A stretch of 64,000 bases of DNA, taken from NCBI GenBank assembly GCA_963828735.1, contig CAWHFW010000005.1, positions 1,056,001 to 1,120,000 of the forward strand, given 5' to 3'. Each line of letters opens with the position of its first letter. Position 1 is the stretch's first letter. The notes under the pieces were generated by a model. It made no database searches. It saw only the letters and a list, made by a program, of their open reading frames with translations, and was not told where the DNA came from. Shown piece by piece: positions 1 to 10,865 of this stretch. The position numbers and the translations under genes were made by a program. The DNA comes from an uncultured Gemmatimonadales bacterium. GTDB lineage: Bacteria > Gemmatimonadota > Gemmatimonadetes > Gemmatimonadales > GWC2-71-9.

Positions 1-543
1 ATCTAAGGTGAACTCACCCTGGCCAGCACCCGTAATCGGATTGATCTGCGCCGTGCCCGCCAAGTCTGCCGTGCCGCTCGCCTGCGTGAAGCGGCCGCTG
101 CCGCCTGAGAAGGCCTGCGTGCCCGCGAACGTGACCGTCGCGGTCGTCGGGCTGGTGAACGTGATCTGGGCGGTGCCGGTGAACGTCGAATGCAGCTCAT
201 CGCCGTTCGCCGCCACGTAGACGCCGCTATTGGTGAGCGCCCCGGTGGTCACGTCGACCGTTTGCGTGACCACCGCATGAGTCAGCCCGAGATGGGAGAC
301 CCGGCAGGTGTACTCGATCCGCTGGACCTCGATCGGGGGCGGCGGGCTCAGTCGGGTCACCACCGTGGTGCAGCGGCCGGACAGGGGGCGAGTTACGAGG
401 GAGGGCTCAGCGCGTGCCGCCGCCGACAGCGTGGTCCGATCGGTAGCGTTCGACGACGTCGGGGCGGTGGCGTAATCGGGCGCGTCGCAAGCACCCACGG
501 CCATCGCGAGGGCTGCAGCAGGATGCAAGCGTATGAGACGCAT
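1..543 (-). CDS. Putative secreted lipoprotein, beta-rich (runs off the window edge; absent from the ORF track)
   Basis: Manual translation MRLIRLHPAAALAMAVGAC-DAPD...SGGSGRFTQASGTADLAG; lipobox-like VGAC; GGAGG RBS upstream of ATG at 543; frame open to position 1. Confidence 0.8.
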   Translation of the reverse strand, partial: MRLIRLHPAAALAMAVGACDAPDYATAPTSSNATDRTTLSAAARAEPSLVTRPLSGRCTTVVTRLSPPPPIEVQRIEYTCRVSHLGLTHAVVTQTVDVTTGALTNSGVYVAANGDELHSTFTGTAQITFTSPTTATVTFAGTQAFSGGSGRFTQASGTADLAGTAQINPITGAGQGEFTLD

Positions 544-588
544 ACAGACCTCCGAGGCGAGACGTGGGCGTGCAAACAGCGCGCAGCG

Positions 589-703
589 CTCGGCAGCTCG
601 GCGGTCGTGGGGTCCTTCGTGGCGTCGACGGAGGGCGTCGCGGAGGAGGGAGAGGACCCGTGGCTTTGCGGCCCCGGCTTTCGCCGGGTGTGCTCTTGTC
701 GAG
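589..703 (-). ncRNA. GEMM-I (c-di-GMP-I family) riboswitch, A20 variant
   Basis: Minus strand CUCGACAAGAGCACACCCGGC-GAAA-GCCGGGGCCGCAAAGCCACGGGUCC...GGACC...GCCGAGCUGCCGAG: P1 CUCG/CGAG, GAAA-capped P2, GCAAAGC junction; lies in the 5' UTR of 1..543. Confidence 0.88.
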
Positions 704-712
704 GTGTTCGCT

Positions 713-741
713 ACGGTACGAAGCGGTACATCAGGCGTCAA
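713..741 (-). promoter_or_regulatory. sigma70-type promoter for the riboswitch transcript
   Basis: TTGACG-17 bp-TACCGT ending about 10 nt before riboswitch P1. Confidence 0.65.
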
Positions 742-959
742 GACCGATTGGCCTGTCTTGGCGACATGGGAGCTACGATTGGTGCGCTAGCGTACACAGG
801 CCTGGTCGTGCGTGCCCCGATTCACGGACGATGAAAGAGGTCTCACCGCTTCTGACTGGAACTGAGCTGAAGAGCAAGATCTCTGATCTCTACGTGGCGC
901 TCGCGTGCGATATGGAAAACCGGTTGCGGCGCTAAACCGGCTCTAGAGGGTCTCCCTCA

Positions 960-1391
960 CTACCAGGTGACCGCGTCGACCAGCCAGTGCGAACCCAGTT
1001 GGCCGGTGCGGTCGGGATCGAACGTGATCTGCACCAGATGGACGAGGCCAGCGCCCCTATACCAAAGCGACTGGGAACGACCGCTCGCCGTGGCGATCCT
1101 GTCTGTCTGGCTCGGGAGTCCTAGTGCGAGGAGCACTTCGCAGGCATCGTCCCCGACCGTAGGCACCGCGACCCCATGCCCACTCGTGAAGTTCTCGCTG
1201 GCCCGGCCAACGGCTTCCGCGGTCACCGGTGGCCGACAGTCGTACTCCATGAGTCGCGGGGCAGCCTCCTCCGCCATGCCGCCGCGATGGGTCGCACCGG
1301 CACAGGCGAGCATCACCAGGACCGGCGGTAGGGACGCAATAACGCGGAGCAGTGGTATCACCTGGGCCTCAAGCGCAACACCATCCCCCAT
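960..1391 (-). CDS. Hypothetical protein, possible lipoprotein
   Basis: Hydrophobic segment ending VMLAC; start uncertain. Confidence 0.5.
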   Translation of the reverse strand: MGDGVALEAQVIPLLRVIASLPPVLVMLACAGATHRGGMAEEAAPRLMEYDCRPPVTAEAVGRASENFTSGHGVAVPTVGDDACEVLLALGLPSQTDRIATASGRSQSLWYRGAGLVHLVQITFDPDRTGQLGSHWLVDAVTW

Positions 1392-1519
1392 GGTATGAAG
1401 TCCTGCGAACTTCGGTGTACATCACCAGGAATGCCGGCCTTCGGGTCTGCGTCAGGACGTGGCCGGATTCGTCGTGGCATCGGTCCTTACTCCCCAGACT
1501 TGGCGGCTGCATTTGCGGG

Positions 1520-2050
1520 TTAGACTGCGGTGGCGTCGGGAACCCGATACCGCAAGCTGAGTAACCCGCTTGCGTACCTCTCCACCTGCTCGAGCGCGAG
1601 CCGGGTCAGCTGTGCTCCCGTCTCCAAGAGAGGGATGCCGCCCCCGAGCAGAACCGGCACGACCAGTACCTCCACGACGTCCACCTGCTTGGCCCCAAGC
1701 AGACTCCGAAAGAGACTCCCACCGCCGAAGAGCCAAATATCCCGCCCGGGCGCAGCGCGGAGTGCAGCGACGCGGGGACCCGCGTCGACCCTCACGACCG
1801 TGACGCTTGGGTCTTCGTCCGGTGGCAGTGTTCGTGAGAAGACATAGACCTGCCAACCCTGCGGCCAGGGGGGCGCGCCCGGTTGCCGAGTGAGTTGATA
1901 AGTGCGCCGTCCCAGGAGCACTGTGTCGACGGCCTCGTAAACCTTCGCGAAGTCCACCGCGGGGTCGTGCACGATCCAATCCACTTCACCGCGAGGCCCG
2001 GCGATGTACCCGTCTAAGCTCGTCGCAACGCGGTAGAAAACTCGACGCAT
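1520..2050 (-). CDS. Dihydrofolate reductase / RibD C-terminal family protein
   Basis: ATSLDGYIA, LLGRRTY, IWLFGGGSLF, PVLLGGGIPL motifs. Confidence 0.9.
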   Translation of the reverse strand: MRRVFYRVATSLDGYIAGPRGEVDWIVHDPAVDFAKVYEAVDTVLLGRRTYQLTRQPGAPPWPQGWQVYVFSRTLPPDEDPSVTVVRVDAGPRVAALRAAPGRDIWLFGGGSLFRSLLGAKQVDVVEVLVVPVLLGGGIPLLETGAQLTRLALEQVERYASGLLSLRYRVPDATAV

Positions 2051-2127
2051 CTTATTCCAGTCCCGGATCTAGCCGCTGTCTAACCCATATTCGACTTCAT
2101 TCCCTTGGCACCTGAAACCACCGCGGA

Positions 2128-5009
2128 TCAGGGGGCGATCGCCTGAAGCCCCTCGCGAGCCTCGACGACGTATGGTTGAAGCTCCGGATCGGCGCTGCGC
2201 CAGCCGTCCACGACCCAGCGGTACCCACGAATGGCTCGCGCGCGCTGACCCACCCGCGCGGCCGCCCGGGCCTGTACGAGGTTGGCCAGGACCTCGCTCG
2301 CGAGCGGGAGGTCGGTCCGGCGCCACATGGTCTCGGCCGCTTTCCCATTTTCCCCGTGCGCCGACCGCAGCAGAAGCAGGGCGAGCGGTTCGAGATAGCA
2401 TTCCGAGCACAGCGAATCGGGCAGGGCAGCGAAGCGGGTGAGTGCCGCCGCCGTATCTCGCCTGGCTAGGGCCAGGTACGCCTTGGCCGCCGCAGCGGTG
2501 TACGTGCCGAGCTCTCGACGCATCGGGTTGGGACTCGATCGGCCCAGCGAGTCACCTAGGGAACCCAACCGGACGATCGAGCCGGTGTCGCCCCGCGCCG
2601 CCCAGGTGGGCAGGCCACTCATCGCCGCCTCGAGATTGCCGGAAGTGAGCCATGCGCGGAAATGGACCTGCGCCTCGGCCGGAGGGACCCGGTTGAAGAG
2701 GGACAGCTCGGCCAGGAAGCGCGAGTTATAGATCATGCCAGGTCGTACGGCCGCCGCGGCCTCATGCAGATGCCCGCGGTGCAGGAGCGAGAAGACGAGC
2801 ATGCCGCTGCGAAACCCCGCGCTGAGCCACGGAGCGGAGGTATCCGGAGACGCGGCCAAGGCCCTGGCCACCCTGACGGCGACTTCGCTCGAGTCGACCG
2901 CCCCGTAGAATGGGAGCCAGGCGTGGAACAGGACGTTGGCCGGGACCCGGGCCAACCTGTCGATCTCCGTTGGATCATGTCCAGGGGTGGTGCGTGACAG
3001 GTCCAGCGCCAGCTGGATACCCGCTGCCGTCACGTCCCCCGGGGCTCGTCGGATGTACTCGCGCGCGTGGTCCCGCGCAGCCTGGAATCCCCGCACCCTC
3101 GCGGCCAGCTCGATGGCGTGGATGTAGGCGGGGGCGTAGGCCGAGTCGAGTGCGATGGCGCGCTCAAAATCGGCGAGCGTTTCTTCCATGGTGACGCCAC
3201 GGTAGATGCCCAGATGAACTCGCACTTCTCCGCGCGTGAGCCACACATCGCTGTCGTCGGGATAACGACGCACGGCCTCGTTGGCGAGCTTCGACAGACG
3301 CTGGTATTCCGCCCAGGTCGAGGGCACGTCGCTTTCCCGCAACGAATCGATGGCCACCAGGAGACTGTCCCGGGGCGCCAGGCCGCGGTTGAGCGCGCCC
3401 GCCCGGAGGGACAGAGCGACGGCCAGGGAGTCGCCCCCCGCGCGCTTCCAGGCCAGCACCCGTCCGAGTCGCCACAGCGCAAGGGTAAAACTGCTGTCGA
3501 GCGCGACGGCCCTCTCATACGACGCCAGCGCCGAGTCCCAGGCAGTCCGCCGGAACCACTGCTCACCCTCCAGGAACGCCTTCATCGCGGGCATCGAGCT
3601 GGACCCAAGGGATGCGACGCGCGTGAGCTCTACCCGCCGGATCCGCCCGAGCTCGGCCAGCAGCCGCACGGTCAGCGAATCGCTCAGGCGATCGAGTCGG
3701 GCGCTGGCACCCCGCAGCTCCAGATCGGCCAGCGGCTTCACCGTCGCGGCCTCGAACAGCCTGGCCTGGAGGCGAACCGAATCGCCGCCCGACGGCACGA
3801 GGCTTCCCACGAGCGTGAGCCCCGCGCCCGTCCGTCGCCCGAGCTCGGCCGCCGAGGGTTGGTCTGCCCGGCCGGTCCAGCGCCGGATGACGTTGGTCGG
3901 GGCGACGGTTCGCAGCCTGCCCGCGCCGTCGAGGTTGCGCGCCAGCAAATCCACGAGGCCCTCGCGCCAGAGCTGAAGCTTCGGGTCCAGCACGTCGAAG
4001 GGCGCGACTGCAAGCAGGTCGGCATCGAGTCTCGAGGCAGGGCCGCGAGTGCGCAGGAACAGCAGGGACGCGCCCGATGCCAGGACCAGGACGGCGGCCA
4101 CGGCCACGCGGCGCAGACGACGGCTTCGCCCGAGGGGGGCGGCACCGCGGTGACGGCCACCGTCGCCTCGGGCGGAGCGGGCCGGTCCTCGGCGACCGCT
4201 CGTGCAAACTCACCGGCGGTGCCGAACCTCGCCTCCGGCTCCAAGGCCAGGGCCTGGTCGAGCGCCGCGCCGAGAGCGGCGGGGACATCCGGGCGCATCG
4301 TGTTGATCGAGGGCGGGGGTCCGACGAATCGCTTGGTGATGACCGCCTGCGGGGTCGGGCCGGTGAAGGGGGGCTCGCCCGCCAGCATCTCGTACAGGAC
4401 GCAGCCGAGTCCGTAGATGTCCGAGCGGGCGTCCACGGGGGACCCACTGGCCTGTTCCGGACTCATGTAGGCGGGCGTTCCCAGTGCCAGCCCGGTTGCC
4501 GTGAGCGTTTCGCCGCCTGCTGCCACGAGCGCATGTGCGATGCCGAAGTCGGCGACCCGCGCGTGTCCGTCGGCCAGCAGAATGTTCTCGGGCTTGATGT
4601 CGCGGTGGACCACATGGTGGCGGTGGGCGTAGTCCAACGCGTCGGCGATCTCCCCGGTGATCCTCACGGCATCCTGCACCGCGAGTCGCCTCTCTCGCTT
4701 GAGCCTGTCCCGAAGACTCTCTCCCTGTACGTATGGCATGGTGTACCACAACGCGCCGGAGGCGTGCCCCGAGTCGAGCACGGCCAGAATGTGCGGGTGG
4801 TCCAGGCGAGCCGTTACGCGGATCTCACGCAGAAAGCGCTCGATCCCTATCCCGACGGCGAGGTCGGGATGGAGCATTTTGAGCGCGACGGATCGATCGT
4901 GCTTGATGTCGTGGGCAAGGTAGACCGTGGCCATGCCTCCACGCCCGAGCTCGTGCCCGATGCGGTAGGACTCGGCCAGATCTGCCTCGAGTCGTCGCGG
5001 TCCTTCCAC
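2128..5009 (-). CDS. Membrane Ser/Thr protein kinase with TolB-N-like/TPR C-terminal region (frameshift near 4105)
   Basis: ELGRGGMATVY, HRDIKPEN, DFG, GTPAYMSPEQ in ORF 3738..5192; TM and TPR portion continues in ORF 2128..4107. Confidence 0.85.
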
Positions 5010-5429
5010 GGGTGATCCGATGCTGAAGGGGATGGTCTCCAACGCTACAGGCTGGCGCAGCCGGAGACCAGACCTGCATGGGAGCGGCGGGAGATGACAA
5101 CCGGGCCCCGTAGCCGCGATCCGGAGGGGCATGGTCGCCGACGCACGCCTGATCCCGTCCGACCCGGCGTGCACATTCGCCACTCCCAACAACTCGCGGT
5201 GGCCGACAAACGCTGGGAGAATTGGCGGAAGGGAATTCCGGGGAACACCAGAAGGTGACGGATGAGCGCGCGCGCTCTCGCGCCCGGGTGGACGACGGGA
5301 ACGGCGGCTTCGGCGTCATCGAGATCACCGCCTCCCGTTCGACCTGCTCGAGCAGCTCGCGGCGATCTCGGGAGTGGCGGTGATCCGGCAGGAAGCGCGG
5401 CCGCCGCGCGAACGGCGGCGATCCAGGCT

Positions 5430-6377
5430 TCACGAGCCGTCGAACGCCAGCTCCTTCCGCGCCCGCCGCTCGAGCGGCACGAGACTGCGATACAGGAAAT
5501 CGTGCGCGGGCGTCTCGATCCCCTTCTCCCGTCCGAGCCGCACCACCGCTCCACTCTGCGCCTCGAGCTCGGACATCCGGCCGGCGACGATGTCCCGCTG
5601 CATCGAGGTCGTGCCCTCCGCCGGCAGCGAGTCGGTGAACGCGAGCGTCTCGGCGACGACGGTGGCGGGGAGTGCGACGCCGTGGGCCGCGGCTACCCGG
5701 CGCACCTCGTCCATGGCGCGGGCGAGCAGCTCGCGGGTCTCGGGCAGGGTGCGGAGCACGCCGATGGGCGCCCGGGTCACGGCGCCGAGCCCGCTCAGGG
5801 ACGAGATGAAGAGGAACTTGCGCCACATCTCGGCGCGGACGTCGGTGAGGGCTTCGGCGGTGAGGCCGCGCGCGCCGCCGAACGCGGCCTGGAGGCGGCG
5901 GACCCGGTCGCTCATGCCGCCGGCCAGCTCGCCGAAGCCGATGTAGGGCTCGGCGCCCTCGTGCCGGATCTCGCCGGGGGCGGACACCCAGGCGATGATG
6001 CGGCAGAGGCCGCCGATCACGCGGTCGGGACCGAGCGCGGCGCCAAGCTGGGCCGGCGCCTCGACCCCGTTCTGCAGCGGGACGACGAAGGTATCGGCAC
6101 CGAGGAGCGGGCCCATGGCGCGGGCGGCGTCGGGGACCTGCCAGGCTTTGACGCCGAGGAGAATGACGTCGGCGGGGCCGAGATCGGCGGGGGTGTCGGA
6201 GACGCGGGCGGGGTGGATGGCGAAGTCGCCTTCGGGGCTCGTGACGCGGAGGCCGCGCTCGCGGATCGCGCGGAGGGTGTCGCCGCGGGCCAGAAAGGAG
6301 ACATGCTCGCCGGCCTCGGCGAGGCGGCCCCCGAAGTAGGCGCCGACGGCGCCGGTGCCGAACACCAGGAAGCGCAT
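5430..6377 (-). CDS. panE: 2-dehydropantoate 2-reductase (ketopantoate reductase)
   Basis: FGTGAVG, LGVKAWQ, PLQNGVE, WRKF, TSMQRD..GRMSELE motifs. Confidence 0.9.
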   Translation of the reverse strand: MRFLVFGTGAVGAYFGGRLAEAGEHVSFLARGDTLRAIRERGLRVTSPEGDFAIHPARVSDTPADLGPADVILLGVKAWQVPDAARAMGPLLGADTFVVPLQNGVEAPAQLGAALGPDRVIGGLCRIIAWVSAPGEIRHEGAEPYIGFGELAGGMSDRVRRLQAAFGGARGLTAEALTDVRAEMWRKFLFISSLSGLGAVTRAPIGVLRTLPETRELLARAMDEVRRVAAAHGVALPATVVAETLAFTDSLPAEGTTSMQRDIVAGRMSELEAQSGAVVRLGREKGIETPAHDFLYRSLVPLERRARKELAFDGS

Positions 6378-6479
6378 GTCACTCAATGAGTGCTACCATT
6401 GGTCCATTCGTTGGCCCCACGGCTCATGAAGGTGTTCAAGAGGCTTCAACCATCCCTCAGAATAATGGGGGGTTAAGAG
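6368..6479 (+). repeat. ~110-bp direct repeat, copy 1 (panE start and leader plus site S1)
   Basis: Highly similar to 18269..18379. Confidence 0.9.
6449..6476 (+). repeat. Putative recombination core site S1 (attL-like)
   Basis: ACCATCCCTCA-GAATAA-TGGGGGGTTAA followed by GAGAGAGATAGAG...GTTCACC. Confidence 0.75.
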
Positions 6480-6774
6480 AGAGATAGAGCTCAGCTGTTC
6501 ACCTTCCCTTGGTTCAGAGCTGACCATGGAACCGACGACAGGCCGTGGCAGGAGTCGACCGCTGCGGTATATAGGTGCATCTTGAGCAACGCCCACCTGC
6601 TTCATTCGCAGCGTCATTACGGCAGCTATCAATCGGGTTTGAGCGCAGAAGTGCCCTCGGCACGTAGGGTTAGAGCGCACGGGACAGGATGATTGATCTG
6701 ACACTGCGTGATTTACACTGCGGACACCGCAGTCTAATTCTAGTTAGGCCTCACTCGACCCTCCGGAGGGCGGC

Positions 6775-7539
6775 ATGGCGGATCTTCAGGCCTTTAGCCT
6801 CGAGGGCCAGGTTGCCGTTGTCACCGGCGGCAATGGCGGTATCGGCCGTGCTATCGCGCTCGGATTGGCGGGCGCGGGGGCAAGAGTTGCCATTTGGGGG
6901 CGAAATAGCGAGAAGAACGCGGAGGCCCTCGCAGCGTTGCGGACAGTGGGTCCTCCGACGCTGGCCTTGGCAGTCGACGTGGCGGACCGGAGCCAGCTGC
7001 AACCAGCGCTGGCCGCCGTCGAGAGGGACCTCGGGCCAGTGTCCATTCTCGTCAACAACGCGGCGGTCGCAGCCTTCGGTGGGGTCTTAGACCTTTCGCC
7101 GGAGGACTGGGATCGGGTCATCGAGACCGACTTGACGGCGTGCTTCCTCCTTGCCAAGTACGCCGCGCAATCGATGGTCAGGCGGCAAGCGGGCAAGATC
7201 ATCAACCTGGCAAGCACCTACTCGCTCTTTGGCTCCGCCTTCGCGCCGTCCTACAGCGCGGCCAAAGGAGCGATCATGCAACTGACAAAGTCCCTCGCGA
7301 TTGAGCTTGCACCCCACAACATTCAGGTGAACGCCATTCTCCCGGGCTGGATCGATACCGATCTTACGGGGCCGATAAAGGACATGCCGCTGTACCAGGA
7401 GATCCTGACGCGAACGCCGGCGGGCCGTTTTGGGACGCCCGCTGAATGCGCTGGGGCCGCGGTGTTTCTCGCGTCACCGGCGGCCCGGTTCGTCACAGGC
7501 ACGGCGCTCGTGGTGGATGGGGGGTACGCGATTCGATGA
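6775..7539 (+). CDS. SDR family oxidoreductase (KduD / gluconate 5-dehydrogenase-like)
   Basis: TGGNGGIG, NNAA, YSAAK, VDGG; GGAGG RBS. Confidence 0.92.
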   Translation: MADLQAFSLEGQVAVVTGGNGGIGRAIALGLAGAGARVAIWGRNSEKNAEALAALRTVGPPTLALAVDVADRSQLQPALAAVERDLGPVSILVNNAAVAAFGGVLDLSPEDWDRVIETDLTACFLLAKYAAQSMVRRQAGKIINLASTYSLFGSAFAPSYSAAKGAIMQLTKSLAIELAPHNIQVNAILPGWIDTDLTGPIKDMPLYQEILTRTPAGRFGTPAECAGAAVFLASPAARFVTGTALVVDGGYAIR

Positions 7540-7706
7540 CGCCGGCGCCGTTCAGTTGCAGGAGGCACACTCCGCTGGCTGTTCAGGGGAACGTTAGTTA
7601 GCGCATGAGCGAGCGGGTCGGTTGCAGCTGATGCGCAGGTCGTTAGGCAACCCCGATCCCCGCTGCCCCTTGGAACTGACCGCAGATCGCTGTGAGCACC
7701 GAGCGC

Positions 7707-10688
7707 TCATCGCGTTCGGCGCGACAGCCGGGCAAGGCCCGCCTGGGCTTCCGCCGCATATTTCGCCAGTTCCGGGTCGGCGTGGCGCCAGGAGTCGGCG
7801 ACGTGCCGATAGGCGCGCCGTGCGGTGGGCAGGTCGCCAAGCCGCTCGGCGACCTTCGCCCGAATGAGCAGCCCGTAGACGGCCAGACCACCATTCATCT
7901 GCGGAACCCATTGGTCGAGAATCGCCGCGGCTGCTCGATCCTCGCCGCGCGCGGCCAGCAAGACCGCCGCCGTGACTTTCTCCCACTGGCAGTTCACGAG
8001 CGCACAATAGACGCTGTCCGGAAGGGCCGCGAAGCGACGCATGGCATTCGCGGTGTCGGCACGGGCCAGGGCGAGATACCCCCCGGCGGCACCATAGAAA
8101 TACTGTGCCGGCCGCACGTTCGCGGCAGGGCCGCCGCGCCCGGCCGCTTCCCGCATCCGACGCTGGAAGAGCGCCAGTGAGGTAGTGTCACGACGCCCCG
8201 CCCACCACGGCAGCCCGCCCCACCGCCGCTCATAGGCATCGGTGACGATGACGCCCGGCTCGAGGCTCGGGGCGTAGGCGCGCGCCGCGTCACCTGCCGG
8301 GATGGCGCCGAGGAACACAAGAGTGGGAAGCGGGTCCATCCAGGCACGCCACCAAACGCTCGGCCGCTCCGCGGCCAGGTCGGCATGATCGAGGCTCAGC
8401 GCCTCGCGCAGGTGGCCCCGACGAATCAGCGCGCCCGCGACGTAGCGGGTGCGCATGGGCGGGTCGACCACCCACTCCACTGCCTCGCCCGGGCGGACCT
8501 GGCGCCGGGCGAGCCGGCGGAGCAGCTGGACCGCGGTCTCATGCGCGTCGGGCACCCACAGGAACATCATGCCCGCATCGAAGAGCACTTCCGCCGGCAC
8601 CGAATCCAGCTCCGCGGCAAGCGCCTCGGGCCGCCGGGCCTCGGGGAGCAGCAGCAGCCGGCCCTCCAGCCGCACCGAGGCGCTATACGCCGCCACGGTG
8701 CGGAGCTCCGCCGCCGCCCGCGCATGGTACGCCGCACGGTCTTCCCTGCCGGTCCGCAGGGCGACCTCGAGGACGTGTTCGTAGGCCGGGCCGAAGCCGG
8801 GATCGAGCTCGATCGCGCGCTCGAACGCGTCGAGCGCCTCGGGCAGACTCTGGCCCAGGCCGATCGGTGCGTGATATCGCGATTCTCCGAGGGCCATCCA
8901 GGCCTCGGGGTCGGCAGGGAACCGACGCGCGGCCTCCTGCCGCCGCGCGAGTGCCGAAACCCAGTTCTCCGGGTGCCCGTGGTCCGCGGTCCAGGCCAGA
9001 GATTCCGCCGAGATCAGCAGGCTGTCCCTGGCGGACAGCCCGTGGTTGTGATCGAAGGCCTGTCGCGCGTAGTAGTCGACCGGCTGATACGACGCAGAGG
9101 TGGGGGGATGCCAGCCGAGGATCTGCGCCATACGATACTGAGCGAGCGTGAAGCTGCTGTCTCCGGTGAGCGCCTCCTGGTAGGCGACCAGCGCCGAATC
9201 GTAGCTGCCTCGGCGGTAGGCCTGTTCGCCGGCGAGAAATGCCTTGAGCGCGCCGAGGGGCGCCGAGCCGATCGCCGCCTGTCGCACCGCCGCGACCGGC
9301 CGGGTCCGCGAGAGGGTCCGCAGGATTCCGAGGCCGAGCGAATCGGCCAGTACGCCCAGCGCCGAGGCGGAGCCTTCGACTTCGACCTCGCCAAGCAGCT
9401 CGTCGTCCCGCACGTCGAGCAGCGTGGCCCGAAGCCGGACTCGCCCGCCCTCCAGCTGGCTCACGCCGCCGGTGGCAACGATGCCGGCACCGGTCTGCCG
9501 GCCGAGGGTGAGCGCCGACGCGCGGTCCGAGCGTCCGGCCCATCCATGGAGCACCACGGAGGGCGACACGGTCCGGAGGCTGCCCGCGCCGTCGAGCGTC
9601 CGCGCGAGCAGGTCCACCACGCCTTCGCGCCACACCTCGAGGCCCGGCCCGGTCACGTCGAACGGAGCCACGGCGAGAAGGCTGGGGTCGAGCCCGGGCG
9701 CCCCGCGGTCGCGGAATCGGACGAGCCAGATGCCCGCCGCCAGGAGCACGACCGCCAGCGCTCCCGCCGGCGCGAAGCGCCAGGGTGAACGGCGACGCGG
9801 CAGCGCAGGGGGCGGCGTGCTGACCACCTGCCCGCCGAGCGCCGCCGCGAACTCCCGCCCGGTGGCGAAGCGGTCGACCGGCGCCTTTGCCAACACCCGC
9901 GCGAGCGCGGCCTCGACCGCGGCCGGCACCGTCTCGCGAAGCATGCGTACCGGCGGAATCGGCTGGGTCAGCCGCTTCGCGGCGATGGCCTGCGGGGAGG
10001 CGCCCATATGCGGGGGCTCGCCGGCCAGCATCTCGTACAGCACGCAGCCGAGGGCGAAGAGGTCGCTCCGGCCATCGATCGCCCCGTCACTCAGGAACTG
10101 CTCGGGACTCATGTAGAGCGGCGTCCCCAGGGCCAGGCCGGTCCCCGTCAGGCGCTCGCCGGCCGCGGCGCCCACAGCCAACGCAATCCCGAAGTCGGCC
10201 ACCACCGCCTCGCCATCGTGCAGCAGGATGTTCTCGGGCTTGATGTCGCGGTGGATGATGCCATGGCGGTGCGCGTGATCGAGCGCGCCTGCCACCTGGC
10301 TCGCTACGTCCAGCGCTTCGTCGACCGGCAGCTGCCGCTCCCGGGTCAAGCGGGCGCGCAGCGTCTCACCCGCGACGTAGGGCATGACGTAATAGGGAAG
10401 GTCGATCGCCGGGTCGCCGTTGGCGGCGGGAAGCCGGGCGAGGCCGGAGTCGAACAGAGCAAGGATGCGGGGATGCTGCAGGCCGGCCATCGTCCTGACC
10501 TCGGCCAGGAAGCGATCCACGCCGAGCATCGCGGCCAGCTCGGGGCGCAGGAGCTTGAGCGCAACCCGGCGGCCGTGCTTCAGGTCCTCCGCGAGGTATA
10601 CCCGCGCCATCCCTCCCTGCCCAAGTTCGCGCTCGAGGCGGTACTCGCCGGCCAAGGCGGCGGAAAGCCTCTCGAAGGCGTCGACCAT
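7707..10688 (-). CDS. Membrane Ser/Thr protein kinase with TPR C-terminal region
   Basis: ELGQGGMARVY, HRDIKPEN, DFG, TM segment; paralogue of 2128..5009 (LLAVAPFDV, WRxADPEL). Confidence 0.9.
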   Translation of the reverse strand: MVDAFERLSAALAGEYRLERELGQGGMARVYLAEDLKHGRRVALKLLRPELAAMLGVDRFLAEVRTMAGLQHPRILALFDSGLARLPAANGDPAIDLPYYVMPYVAGETLRARLTRERQLPVDEALDVASQVAGALDHAHRHGIIHRDIKPENILLHDGEAVVADFGIALAVGAAAGERLTGTGLALGTPLYMSPEQFLSDGAIDGRSDLFALGCVLYEMLAGEPPHMGASPQAIAAKRLTQPIPPVRMLRETVPAAVEAALARVLAKAPVDRFATGREFAAALGGQVVSTPPPALPRRRSPWRFAPAGALAVVLLAAGIWLVRFRDRGAPGLDPSLLAVAPFDVTGPGLEVWREGVVDLLARTLDGAGSLRTVSPSVVLHGWAGRSDRASALTLGRQTGAGIVATGGVSQLEGGRVRLRATLLDVRDDELLGEVEVEGSASALGVLADSLGLGILRTLSRTRPVAAVRQAAIGSAPLGALKAFLAGEQAYRRGSYDSALVAYQEALTGDSSFTLAQYRMAQILGWHPPTSASYQPVDYYARQAFDHNHGLSARDSLLISAESLAWTADHGHPENWVSALARRQEAARRFPADPEAWMALGESRYHAPIGLGQSLPEALDAFERAIELDPGFGPAYEHVLEVALRTGREDRAAYHARAAAELRTVAAYSASVRLEGRLLLLPEARRPEALAAELDSVPAEVLFDAGMMFLWVPDAHETAVQLLRRLARRQVRPGEAVEWVVDPPMRTRYVAGALIRRGHLREALSLDHADLAAERPSVWWRAWMDPLPTLVFLGAIPAGDAARAYAPSLEPGVIVTDAYERRWGGLPWWAGRRDTTSLALFQRRMREAAGRGGPAANVRPAQYFYGAAGGYLALARADTANAMRRFAALPDSVYCALVNCQWEKVTAAVLLAARGEDRAAAAILDQWVPQMNGGLAVYGLLIRAKVAERLGDLPTARRAYRHVADSWRHADPELAKYAAEAQAGLARLSRRTR

Positions 10689-10865
10689 CGCGGCTCGATG
10701 CATGGGGGAGTCGAACGGGACTGCTTCAACCCCATTGTACACGCGATGCAACCCGTCAGCCAGACACGGTAGTGTCCGGTTTTCAATCAGACACTACCGC
10801 CAGCCGCCCACGGGCGAGCAAACGCTGCGGCCTGGTTACCCGTCCGCGTAACTCCCGTGCCCCTG

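Noticed and set aside
5010..5430. Possible gene remnant between the kinase and panE
   Set aside because: Short coding-like stretch (RELLEQVEREAVISM) with no recognisable family or clear start
6449..6480. Sites as canonical chromosomal dif
   Set aside because: ATAA..TTA is present, but the XerD arm TTATGTTAAAT is not, and the TTCCTT variants lack ATAA; only the geometry is dif-like
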